Below are positions 1-11,353 of a stretch of 64,000 nt of DNA, one piece after another. This DNA is from Rhizophagus irregularis (taxonomy: Eukaryota): NCBI RefSeq assembly GCF_026210795.1, contig NC_089431.1:1240001-1304000 (forward strand), read 5' to 3'. The position numbers and the translations under genes were made by a program. The stretch's first letter is position 1; the number at the start of each line of letters is the position of its first letter. A model generated the notes under the pieces. That model made no database searches. It worked only from the letters and a program-made list of their open reading frames with translations, and was not told the origin of the DNA.

Positions 1-87
1 AATAGCAATTTAATATTTTTAATAATTATAATTATTTTATTGAATTTTTGTAGTTAAAAATATTAATAAGTTTTTGTCTATTAAAAG

Positions 88-1966
88 ATGCATGTTACAA
101 TTTCTACTATTGATTCAACTATTAAATCAGAAAATGTAGATGAAAGAGTAGTTTATATAGAAGATTTAGAAAAAAGAAAACAAGCATATGGAATATGTGG
201 AGAATGTAAAGAACCTGGTACAGGAGAATATTGGTGTCAACCTTGTAATGCTAAAAGATTTAAGGATAACTTTAAAAATTGGACTAGTGGAAATAAAGAT
301 ATTGATGAATTTATACAACAATCACAACTTAATGCTGTACATTGTTATAAATGTCTTGAATGGATACCTTTTGAAAAATTTCAAAATATCACTTATATTG
401 CAGAAGGTGGTTTTGGAAAGATTTATTCAGCAGAATGGCCTGAAGGATTTATTTCTCATTGGGATATTGAAAATCAAAAATGGTATAGATACAAAGATTC
501 GGATAAATATGCATTAAAAAGTTTGAATAATTCTTCTGATATATGTTCAGATTTTTTAAATGAGGTAATTTAAACTTACTTTGTCTTATATATAAAGATT
601 GTTATTTGCATTCATTTATTAATAAAATTTTTCTTTTTTAATGATAATTAGATTAACTCTCATCTTCAAATTTATCTTAATGATATTGTTGAATGTTATG
701 GAATTACTCAAGATCCAAATAATAAAGAGTATATGATGGTTTTAATTTATTGTAAAAATGGAAATTTGAGAAATTATTTAAATAAATCAAATAATTATAT
801 TAATTATAAATCAAAAATTGATCAATTACAACGAATTGCAAGAGGACTTTTAGATATTCATAATGCTGAAAAAGTTCACAAAGATTTTCATTCAGGTAAT
901 ATTTTATTTAATATTTATCCATATATAAGTGATTTAGGAATGTGTCAACCAGCAAATAAGCAAAAAGTTAAAGAAGAAGGAATTTATGGAGTATTACCAT
1001 ATATGGCACCAGAAGTTTTACGTGGATACCAATATACAAAAGCAGCAGATATTTATTCATTTGGAATAATAATGAACGAACTTCTTTCTGAAGAAATTCC
1101 TTTTAATGATATTCCTCATGATGATTTTTTAGCTATTAAAATTTGTAAAGGACTTAGACCAACAATTTCTAAAGACATACCAAAGTTACTTGCAGATTTA
1201 ATAATAAAATGTTGGGATGCTGAAATAAAAAATAGACCAACCACTAAAGAATTGTATCAACTATTAAAGAAATGGTATGATGAGATTGAAGAGATTGAAG
1301 GTAGTGAAGATAGTGAAGATAGTGAATATAGTGAAGATGATGAAGATGGTGAAGATGGTGAAGATGGTGAAGATGGTGAAGATGGTGAAGATGGTGAAGA
1401 TAGCAAAGATAGTAAAGATAGTGAAGATAATGAAGATAGTGAATATAGTGGAGATAGTGAATATGGTGAAGATAGTAGAAATGGTGACGATAGTGAAGAT
1501 GTTAAAGATAGTGAAGATGTTAAAGATAGTGAAAATGCTGACAATAGTCAAATTAGTGAAATATATTTTCAAATAAAAGAATGTGATAAAATTAGAAAAG
1601 AAAAATTCAAAAATAGATCAAATGAAGATAAATCCAAAAACTTCAAAACACATCCACAAGCAATTTATACTAGTAGACTTTTAAATTTCAAAAATCTTCC
1701 AAACCCAGTAAATTCTTCAGATGTACCATCATTTCAAGTTAATTCAGGTAAATTTTCCATTTTAATTAGTTATGAAAAAATCTTATTCAAGTTTTAACAA
1801 TATCAACTTTTTTTTAATAATAGATGATGTCCCATCAGTATCAACAAATCTAAGTAAGTATAATCATTAGTAATAATACTTTTTGTAATTATAAATTTAT
1901 ATTTTATTTTAACATTATTTTGTTATTTAATTTATAGTTTCAGAATGTTTTGATTATAGAATTTAG
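88..1966 (+). CDS. TKL-like Ser/Thr/Tyr protein kinase (Glomeromycotina expanded family), copy K1; first exon lies upstream of the window. Exons 88-564, 652-1747, 1824-1853, 1938-1966
   Basis: CGECKEP..WCQPC knuckle, AEGGFGKIY Gly loop, ALK, HKDFHSGN, DLG, YMAPE, DIYSFG. GT-AG introns at the same positions as paralogs K2/K3. AG acceptor at 86-87 directly precedes 88. Confidence 0.9.
1285..1545 (+). repeat. In-frame 9-bp coding minisatellite (GAAGATGGT/GAAGATAGT) encoding an acidic EDG/EDS tract in kinase K1
   Basis: Repeat is read directly in the sequence; absent from K2 and K3. Confidence 0.95.
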
Positions 1967-2863
1967 TGAATCAGGTAAAATAATTTATTTAAAGTTATTT
2001 ATTATTTTACTGATAATAATTTCATTTAATTGTTTTAATAATAGATCACAATTAAATAGGTAATTTAAATGATGAGTCTTAAATTATAGTAGGTTTTTCC
2101 AGTAATTGCATAAATATACGATATTTGACCTATTTTTTAAAAAATTGTATAAAAATATATAGAATTTAACCAAAAATTATCAACTTATATACATAATTAT
2201 TATATAAAATAGTATTTGTAGTTAAATTGAATGATCGATGTGTGTTAGTAATAATTTCGATAAAGGTAATTTGTATAAATACTTTAAATACATAATAAAT
2301 TTGCAAGTGACAAAAAATTCACAATTATAATTGTAGATCGAATTTCGTACAAAATCACGTGACTTTGTAGAATATCATTCGGATAAATATTTTTTCATAG
2401 GGTGTGTGTCACAAAGAAAACAATATGTATATGATATGCATAGAATGTTCATTACATCTTATCTTATCCTAAAAAGTTTATTAATTAATTAAATTTATGC
2501 GTACGTATGTGTTCGTGACAATATTTTTATAACCTTTGACCTTTGTTGTTGAATTTTAAATATTAATAAGAAGACAAATTTCTTAATGTCAAATATCGCA
2601 AAAAATTTCATTGGCATACCAAGGAATTTCTTTGTTCATAAGCCGCATTAACCTTTTCTTTTTTTTTTTGGATATTTTCGCAAAGATAAAATATTGTAAC
2701 ACACGTTATGTGGAACAATAAACCCTGTTAAACATTCTGATAAATAGTTACATAAAATACATAAATACCAATTAAATCATCATTCTATAAATAGATGAAA
2801 CCGTCCTTTATCCTTAATAGAGTATTCAATTTAATAAAGTTTTATGCGATTGTTCCGTCTAAG

Positions 2864-4126
2864 AATTAAAATCACATTTCAAAAATAAACGATCAACAAT
2901 AAAAAAAATTCCGAAATTTGACCAAATAGAATCGGAACAAGAGAGACATGAAAAGATATTGAGCTATTTATCATCGAATGATTTCGATTCTATTGATAGA
3001 TTACATATGTATCATTTTCTTAAAAGATATATATTTCAAAACAATTTTTCTTCCCCAATTGAGGATAAGTTAATTAAAGGAGGGTGTAAAGTTTTGGATG
3101 CCAGGTAAATGATATTTTTCAAATGAACTTCCCAAATATTTCGAAGAATTTTATGGTGCATATATTTACTTAAATAATTATTTAATTTTTAAGGAGCGGC
3201 ACTGGTACATGGTTATTAGATTTATCAAACAAATATGAAAATTCTTATTTTTTTGGAGTCGAAAATATACCATTATATCCACAAGAGGTAATAAAACTTA
3301 TAAATTTTTAATTATGAAATAAAACCGAAAATTTGATCCTTTGTCCTATATAAATTTGATAGATAAAACCAAATAATCTTGAATTCATCGACGCCAATGT
3401 AACTAAAGGATTATCATTTCATGATAACGAATTTGATTTTACACATTTAGAAAATATGGGTCTTGTTTTAACACCAGACCAATGGGATTTTGTTCTTTCT
3501 GAGCTCATCAGGTATTTCTTTATTTTTTTATAAAAAAAAAGAAAAATTATCCACATAAAGATATACCAAATTTTGTTAATATACTGTATATATACTGTAT
3601 ATATTTTTTTAACAGAGTAACGAAACCAGGAGGATACATTGAAGTATCTGATAGACGGAATAGTAATAATGGCGAAGGTCCGATTCTTCGTAAAGTATCA
3701 GAAGCATGTAGGTATATTCTGATCTCGTGTTTTATTGTAATTATAAGATACCAAATTCTCACTTTCTACAAATGAACATAATCAATTCCAGTTTGGGCAA
3801 CTCGTTCGAAACAAAATGTTGATTTTAAATTGATATATAATCTAGATTCAAAATTTGAATTACAACCAAATATAGGGAAAGTTCATCGAATTGAAAAAGA
3901 TCTCATTATGGGTCCCAATGGTGGTAAAGCTGGTTTGGTTATGCAAGATATTAGTATATCTTTTTATGCATCAGAATTGGCAGTTAAAAGCCTAAGTAAA
4001 GAAATAGGAATTTCCGAAGAAGAATACAAAAATATGGCAGAAAAAGATCTAATTGAGGAATACAAACAAACCAGTCCTGTGATTACTCATGTTCGATTTT
4101 GGGCCCAAAAACAATTATCGCAATAA
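2864..4126 (+). CDS. Class I SAM-dependent methyltransferase (LaeA/Methyltransf_23-25-like). Exons ~2864-3104, 3194-3287, 3363-3511, 3616-3707, 3792-4126; start codon unresolved
   Basis: Spliced translation gives IDRLHMYHFLKRYIFQNNFSSPIEDKL..KVLDARSGTGTWLLDL..FFGVE..FHDNEFDFTH..LSELIRVTKPGGYIE..HVRFWAQK. All junctions are GT-AG. Confidence 0.8.
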
Positions 4127-5097
4127 TAATGGTTATTTTTTTTCTTATGAATAAAAAAAAGATACGAAAGAAAATTTTTTTTCAGAAATCTAGTGTAGTT
4201 ATTGTAAATGGATTAAATCACTGATCCGTCTAAGATTGTGCACTATCGTTATATTAAAAATTGGGATAAAATTTAACGTTTCGCGGTCAATTGACAATAT
4301 ATACACGAACACTATAATTACGAAAGATTATTTATATTTTGTATAAACATAATACATTGTATAAGAAAATAGAGTAAGCAAAAAAAGCTACACATTTTGT
4401 TATGGTAAAAAAGAGTTTACATTGTGCAATTATGATAGTGCCGCCAGTTTATAACTGGCGAAATACCAATTAGTAGCCAGGTGATAAAATACGACAGGCT
4501 GACTAGACTAGTCTGACTTTTAACAGATTATCTAAAAACGCGTGATATTTTCGATAATTACAATAACTATTGATTAATCATTGACGCGTTTTGTAAATAA
4601 TTATGTAATTATAACGCCAACGCCAACTTTCATAAGCTTAACCAATCAGAATTTGAGGATAATACACATATATAACCCATCTATGCGAAAATTAAAAATC
4701 TCAAGCCTTTTTTATTTATTTGCTGGCAATATAAAAAAAAATGGCTTATCGACATACTATTCTTCCTCTCTATTACAACCCAGGCCTTTCACCATGCAGC
4801 AGGACTGTATGGTTTCTTACTGGGTTTCTTTTCGGTACTTTGGTTGTGTTGGCCTTTGGAAGGCCATCACTTTTTTATGATTTCTTTAATTTTCTTTTTA
4901 ACCCAAAGATAAGATTTTCTGGTAATTTTTATCTTTAAGGGGAAAAAATTTTAGTCGATCATCCCATTTTGACCAGATTTTCGCCAAAATTTTCCCATTC
5001 CATTTTTAAAAATCACCACATGCACAGTTGCCGTGGATACGAAAAAAATTGCCTTTTTGGTAAAAAAGTCTCCAGTTAATCTTTATATTATTATGTA

Positions 5098-5170
5098 CTT
5101 GTACATGTACATGAACATGAACATGAACATGAACATGAACATGAACATGTACAGTACATGTACATGTACA
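5098..5170. repeat. (CATGAA/CATGTA)n microsatellite
   Basis: Seen directly. Confidence 0.9.
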
Positions 5171-5304
5171 GAGAAAGTGAACATTCACTATGGAAACTTT
5201 TTGCGCTGAGTTTAACTGTGCTGCTCAAAAAGAATGTTAATTTGACAGATCATGAAATAGTATGTTGATCATTTTTTATTAAAATGTGAAAAAAAAAAAA
5301 TTTT

Positions 5305-6600
5305 TTTTTTAATCAAAAACGTCAAAAATTTGATGTTTTTGTAATTGAAAAATCAAAAAAAAATTAATTTTTTTTAATCAAAACGTCAGACTTGACGTTT
5401 TTGTGATTGAAAAATCAAAAAAAATTGATTTTTTTTAATCAAAAACGTCAGACTTGACGTTTTTGTGATTAAAAAATCAAAAAAAAAATGATTTTTTTAA
5501 TCAAAAACGTCAGACTTGACGTTTTTGTGATTAAAAAATCAAAAAAAAATGATTTTTTTAATCAAAAACGTCAGACTTGACGTTTTTGTGATTAAAAAAT
5601 CAAAAAAAAATGATTTTTTCAATCAAAAACGTCAGACTTGACGTTTTTGTGATTAAAAAATCAAAAAAAATGATTTTTTTTTGATTTTTATTAGCTAAGA
5701 ACATCAGACTTGACGTTTTTTTTATTAAAAATCAAGAAAATTTGATTTTTATTAGCTAAGAACGTCAGACTTGACGTTTTTGTGATTAAAAAATCAAAAA
5801 AAATGATTTTTTTTTGATTTTTATTAGCTAAGAACGTCAGACTTGACGTTTTTGTTATTAAAAATCAAGAAAATTTGATTTTTATTAGCTAAGAACGTCA
5901 GACTTGACGTTTTTGTTATTAAAAATCAAGAAAATTTGATTTTTATTAGCTAAGAACATCAGACTTGACGTTTTTGTTATTAAAAATCAAGGAAAAATGA
6001 TTTTTATTAGCTAAGAACGTCAGACTTGACGTTTTTGTTATTAAAAATCAAGGAAAAATGATTTTTATTAGCTAAGAACGTCAGACTTGACGTTTTTGTT
6101 ATTAAAAATCAAGAAAATTTGATTTTTATTAGCTAAGAACATCAGACTTGACGTTTTTGTTATTAAAAATCAAGGAAAAATGATTTTTATTAGCTAAGAA
6201 CGTCAGACTTGACGTTTTTGTTATTAAAAATCAAGGAAAAATGATTTTTATTAGCTAAGAACGTCAGACTTGACGTTTTTGTTATTAAAAATCAAGGAAA
6301 AATGATTTTTATTAGCTAAGAACGTCAGACTTGACGTTTTTGTTATTAAAAATCAAGGAAAAATGATTTTTATTAGCTAAGAACGTCAGACTTGACGTTT
6401 TTGTTATTAAAAATCAAGGGAAAATGATTTTTATTAGCTAAGAACGTCAGACTTGACGTTTTTGTTATTAAAAATCAAGGGAAATTGATTTTTATTAGCT
6501 AAAAACGTCAGACTTGACGGTTTTGTTATTAAAAATCAAGGGAAAATGATTTTTATTAGCTAAAAACGTCATACTTGACGTTTTTGTTAGCTAAAAATCA
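5305..6600. repeat. Tandem array of ~21 units, period mostly 61 bp, each built around the hairpin AACGTCA-GACT-TGACGTT
   Basis: GACTTGACG core counted ~20 times, e.g. 5901 to 6511 spans 10 periods. Confidence 0.95.
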
Positions 6601-6607
6601 AAAAAAA

Positions 6608-8087
6608 TAGTGTACTTTTGTAAAAGTATACTAATAAATTAATAAAAGATTTTTTTATAAACAATAGATTGTGTTTAGTGAGATTTATAAAAAAATTTAA
6701 TGAGACTTTTTTTTAATAATAGTTTGGTATAAAAAAATTTTCTAGGATTTTTTTTTTAATAATATAATGGTATAGTACAATAGATAGATATAATAAAATT
6801 TTCTGGAATTTATTTTAATAACAATAGGTATGATAACATTTTTGGTGATTTTTTTTTAATATTAAACAATAGATTGGTATCATAGTACAATAGATTTATT
6901 TAATAAGATTTTTGTGATTTTTTTAATAACAATAAATTGGTAATAACAATCATTAACTTATTAAGTTAATAATTGTTTTTTAGTAAAATTTTTTCCAGTA
7001 ATACTAATACTACTAATAGGTAATAGATAACTTAATAAACTTTTATAAAATAGATTAAGATATATAAAAAAAATTTGAGATTTTTTTAACAATAGATTGG
7101 TATAGTACAATGAATAGATATAAAAAAATTTTCTGAATTTTTTTTTTTAATAATAGATTGATATAAATATATTTTCTGAACTTTTTTTTAACAATAGTCA
7201 TTAGATCAATATAAAAAATTTTTTGATAACAACAGATTGGTATGTTATAACTTATAATGGATAGATATAAAGAATTTTCTAAGATTTTTTATTAATACAA
7301 TAGATCAGTTTCTGGAATTTTTTATGACAAATTAATTGGTATAGTACAAAAGATACTAGGTATAAAATTTCTTGGGATTTATTTTAACAACAATAGGTAT
7401 GATAAAATTTTTGGTGACTTTTTTTTAATAACAATAGATTGGTAATAGACAATTATTACTGCGACTAGTAATTATTGAAAACCAATATGATTTGCCAATT
7501 CATTATCAGTTCAGTTTTTAATGTTTTTGCAACATTTTTTATTGTCTATTACCAATCTATTGTTATTAAAAAAAAACACAAAAAATTTTATTAAATCAAT
7601 CCATTGTACTATACCATCCATTGTACTATGATACCAATCTATTATTGTTATTAAAAAAAAATAATCACCAAAAATTTAGCATACCTATTGTTATTAATAT
7701 AAATCTCAGAAAATTTTATTATATCTATCTATTGTACTATACCATTAAAAAAATCTTGGAAAATTTTTTTATTAACCTTATTAAATGTAATCTATTGTTT
7801 TATTTATATTACTTATCAGTAATATTAGTGTTACTGTGAACTATAAAAAAAATCTTACTAAAAACAATTATTAACTTCAGTTAATAAGTTAATTGTTTAT
7901 TACCAATATATTGTTATTAAAAAAAAATCATAGAAAATTTTTTTATACCAAACTATTATTAAAAAAAATCTCATTAAATTTTTTTATAAATCTCACTAAC
8001 ACAATCTATTGTTATAAAAAAATCTTTTATTAATTTATTAGTATACTTTCAAAAATAAACTCACTCACTATATCCAAAAGTACACTA
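6608..8087. repeat. ~1.5-kb imperfect inverted repeat (foldback) made of degenerate subrepeats such as TAACAATAGATTGGTATAGTACAA
   Basis: TAGTGTACTTTTG (6608) pairs with CAAAAGTACACTA (8075-8087). 6622-6760 pairs with 7935-8050; 7420-7453 pairs with 7541-7575. Confidence 0.85.
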
Positions 8088-10022
8088 GTTACTCTTTATC
8101 ATTTAGTTCTAGATTTTTATAAATCGGAAACTGGACAACGAATAGTTATTTATATCAAGAAATTATACAATAACTATTCGGATTTCTGCTCTATAAGAAA
8201 CTTGAAAGAACTAATGGAAAGGGAAATCACATGGTACCTTCCCTTTTCATTTGGATTTTTCAAGAATATCCTGAGTCAGCTGGATGTTTTTTCAGAAGGT
8301 TTAATCTGATTGCACTTAATGTGATGTATAATAAAATTTCAGATTACCTTTTGGATTGTGTATGTATTAATTTTAATATTTATATTTAAAATTAACTAAT
8401 TTACTTAATTCATCATATTTGCTTTTATAGGCAGCTGATTTCTTGCTTCCTAACTGGATATTCCTTAAAGACTGGAGTAAGAGTATGACAAAAAAAGTAT
8501 TGATTTATGTATATACTAAATTTATTATTCCTCGCATTTTTCTTCTAGGTTACCAAGTATTTTAGAAAGCATAGATTAACTCCCGAGGACATGGTTTAAA
8601 TGGATCCTTTTCTTTAATAGAGCAGAATTGTCCAGTTTCTGATTATTCTTTTTTTATTTTATTTTGCCTATTATTCGTTTGATACCTGGCTTATGATTGG
8701 GGCAGCATCCAGGAAATATTTAATTTTATAATGTTAAGGAATGTATTATTTATTATTGTATTTCGAAGGATTAGGGGTTGGAAACTTCAAATTTTGATTT
8801 TTGGAAGTGACAGAATATGGCGAGAGTAGGGGCCATAGTTTTGAATTAATAAATGCAGGTAATTTTGCAATGTATGAATTAAAATTTTTTCAGTTTTCAT
8901 AAGTGTATTAACAATGTTCAATTATTTTTGTGAGATCAAAAAAACTCATATATTGATTTGAATTATAAAGTTTAAATATACAATATAATTGAAGGTAAAG
9001 AAACAAGCAACAATGCGTAATGAGCATCTATGAATTTTTTTTGAGTGAAACATTAAAGGTATGAAGCTTAAATTTTTTTTGTAAATCCTATTTAAAGTGA
9101 TAATAATTAAATACAGTACATAATGTTAATTACCGTTAAGACATTCAATTTATACATTTGTTATAATGTCTTCTGAATGAAAACAATACATTTATTCTTT
9201 AGAAGACGTGAAGTTTTTCATATTACAGCAGTATTATGGGAGGATGTCACCTATAATTTCTTTAAATTACAAATTATACCAGCTGATTTTTGTTTCTCAG
9301 AATTATCATCTTGATGATCTAATGGTTGTGAATTAAAGAATGCTATTAATCCGATATCTTAATTATTTCCGCTAGGTACATTATTTGCATGTAAAACATC
9401 TCTACGTAATTTAACTCCAAAAGCCTTTACAAAGCTATTAATTTAAAAACTTTTAATATAATTTGATTATAAATTTTATAATAAGAGAAAATTATGCCAC
9501 GTATATAAATAATGTAATCTTATGTAGGCTGAATAAACGTAAAATTTTTTATTGGTTGACTCTTAACCATTCAAGAAGGTAATTAAGTTATATCATAATA
9601 AATTGTGAATGGCTTAGTTATATACAACTTGCAGTGGCTAACGTGGCGATCTTCAATTTATTGGAAAAATCAGAACTTGAATAATTATTAATTAATTATC
9701 AAAACGTGGTATGAATTATTGTGATGATAACACCAAAACGTTGATATTTAGAATGTATGGCTTAGTAAAGAATAGAACATTCATTATGCCACGTATATAA
9801 ATAATGTAAGCCTGACAATGCTAAATAAATGTGGCTTATTTACGGACGATCTAATTCATTATGTAAGTACTCTGTACACTGCCACAATCACAATGATATT
9901 CGTTGAATATATAATCACAGTAGTATATTTTGTAAAATATTCCAAAATTTTCATATTTCAATAAAACAAATTGAATAAATCGAAATATAATCCTTTACAA
10001 CATCTCAAACTTTTTAAAAATA

Positions 10023-10238
10023 ATGAATGTCAAAGCTCTTTTTACTAGTATTTTCGTGATCGTAACCATTTCAGTCCTAGCGTCAGTTTCTGGAGGTTAA
10101 TAATTAAATAAAGCTTATTATTTTATTACTGTTCAATTTTTCTTTCTTTTTTTAAAAAAATAATAATTTATTTTTCAAGATGGTGATGATGGTTCTTGTT
10201 CTCATGGATGCTTTTCTAAATTCGGGTGTGGATGTTAA
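10023..10238 (+). CDS. Putative 43-aa secreted cysteine-rich micropeptide; exons 10023-10095 and 10180-10238: MNVKALFTSIFVIVTISVLASVSG|DGDDGSCSHGCFSKFGCGC*
   Basis: Signal peptide with basic n-region, hydrophobic h-region and V-S-G cleavage site. A phase-1 GT-AG intron with a polypyrimidine tract falls at the cleavage site. Four Cys in a 19-aa mature peptide. TATA-like AAATATAA at ~9983. Confidence 0.7.
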
Positions 10239-11353
10239 TGAATTAGGTTATTATAAAATATTGGTAATTATAAAAATATCAGTAGCTTCATTGGTAAGCA
10301 CTATACCTTATTATTTTTCATTTTATAAATGTAAATTTACATATTTTTTTTTAATTATTAGAGATTTTAAATAAAGCCAACTACTTTGAATCACGAAATT
10401 ATTATTAATTAATAAAAAATTATTTAGTCTTTTTTTTTTTTTGTTAACGAAAGCCGAAATGAAATTTTGACGTTCTTAATAATTCTAGATTCATATTCAC
10501 TGTTTCAGTGGCTTATCCAAATTATGAATTAAAAAATTCTATTTCCAGAAATTTCAAAAATCTTCCAGTCATTTTCTTATTTCATAAAAAAAAATGGAAA
10601 TAAAATAATGTAATAATGTAATAATGTTCTAATTGGAAATTATTCGACTTTTAGATGACATCAATTTAAATAAAATAAACATATTAAGCACATTATAGCC
10701 AGTATATTCAGATATTTTTATTTTATTATAAAAATTAAAATAAATATTCGCACCACCACCACACCGCACTGTAACACCACCATTATTACCTCCATTATAT
10801 CACATCACTACAATTAATTACTTACTTAACACATCATGACATATCGATCCGCTTCAATATAGTTTTCTGGTTGCGGTCTTGCCTGGAAAAATTTTTGATG
10901 ACAGGCCATCGGTAAAATCACGGGATAAATTTTTGCTTTGCGGGACCGTCTCAGAAATTTTTTGGTATGTTGACTTGAAAGTTGAATAAGATCGGATAAT
11001 AATGGAAAATTATTTTTATTAACTATTTTATAAAGAAATATTCCAAGTTTGCCACAATTTAATAACATTATGTAATCGATTCTCTTAAGATTGCCTGATA
11101 TTTAAGAAAATTGATCAATTGTTTTTCGTTTATATAGGCTTTTAAAAAAATTGGCATTCTGATTTCCTTACATTTAACATAATTATTATAATATTGAAAA
11201 CTTCCTTGCACAACAAAAAAGACATTAATATTATTGATTGATTGGATTTATTATAAGTAATAGTTATTTTACGGGAAGCATGAGATTGAGGCTGATTCGT
11301 GAAATAACCATGCTTATCCTTGACGACTATTAGGAAACGTGGTATAATACAAG

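Noticed and set aside
1257..1576. Overlapping ORFs 1257-1544(-), 1264-1572(-), 1277-1576(+) and 188-517(+)
   Set aside because: Alternative-frame shadows of kinase K1 and its 9-bp repeat.
5305..6600. CRISPR array (palindromic repeats at ~61-bp period)
   Set aside because: Intervening sequences are near-identical rather than unique spacers, there are no cas genes, and the context is eukaryotic.
8090..9440. Exon-like fragments on both strands
   Set aside because: Splice-like signals are present, but no continuous frame or recognisable domain could be built.
10180..10374. 64-aa ORF in the track
   Set aside because: Its start coincides with a splice acceptor; the spliced frame giving the Cys-rich peptide explains the sequence better.
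10680..10710. Additional TAA-N5-7-TTA junction candidates (e.g. TTAA-GCACA-TTATAGCCAG)
   Set aside because: The core alone is common in such AT-rich DNA; not counted without a paired inverted arm.
10826..11068. 80-aa minus-strand ORF ending near a GTAAGT donor
   Set aside because: Possibly a remnant exon, but no recognisable family or partner exons.
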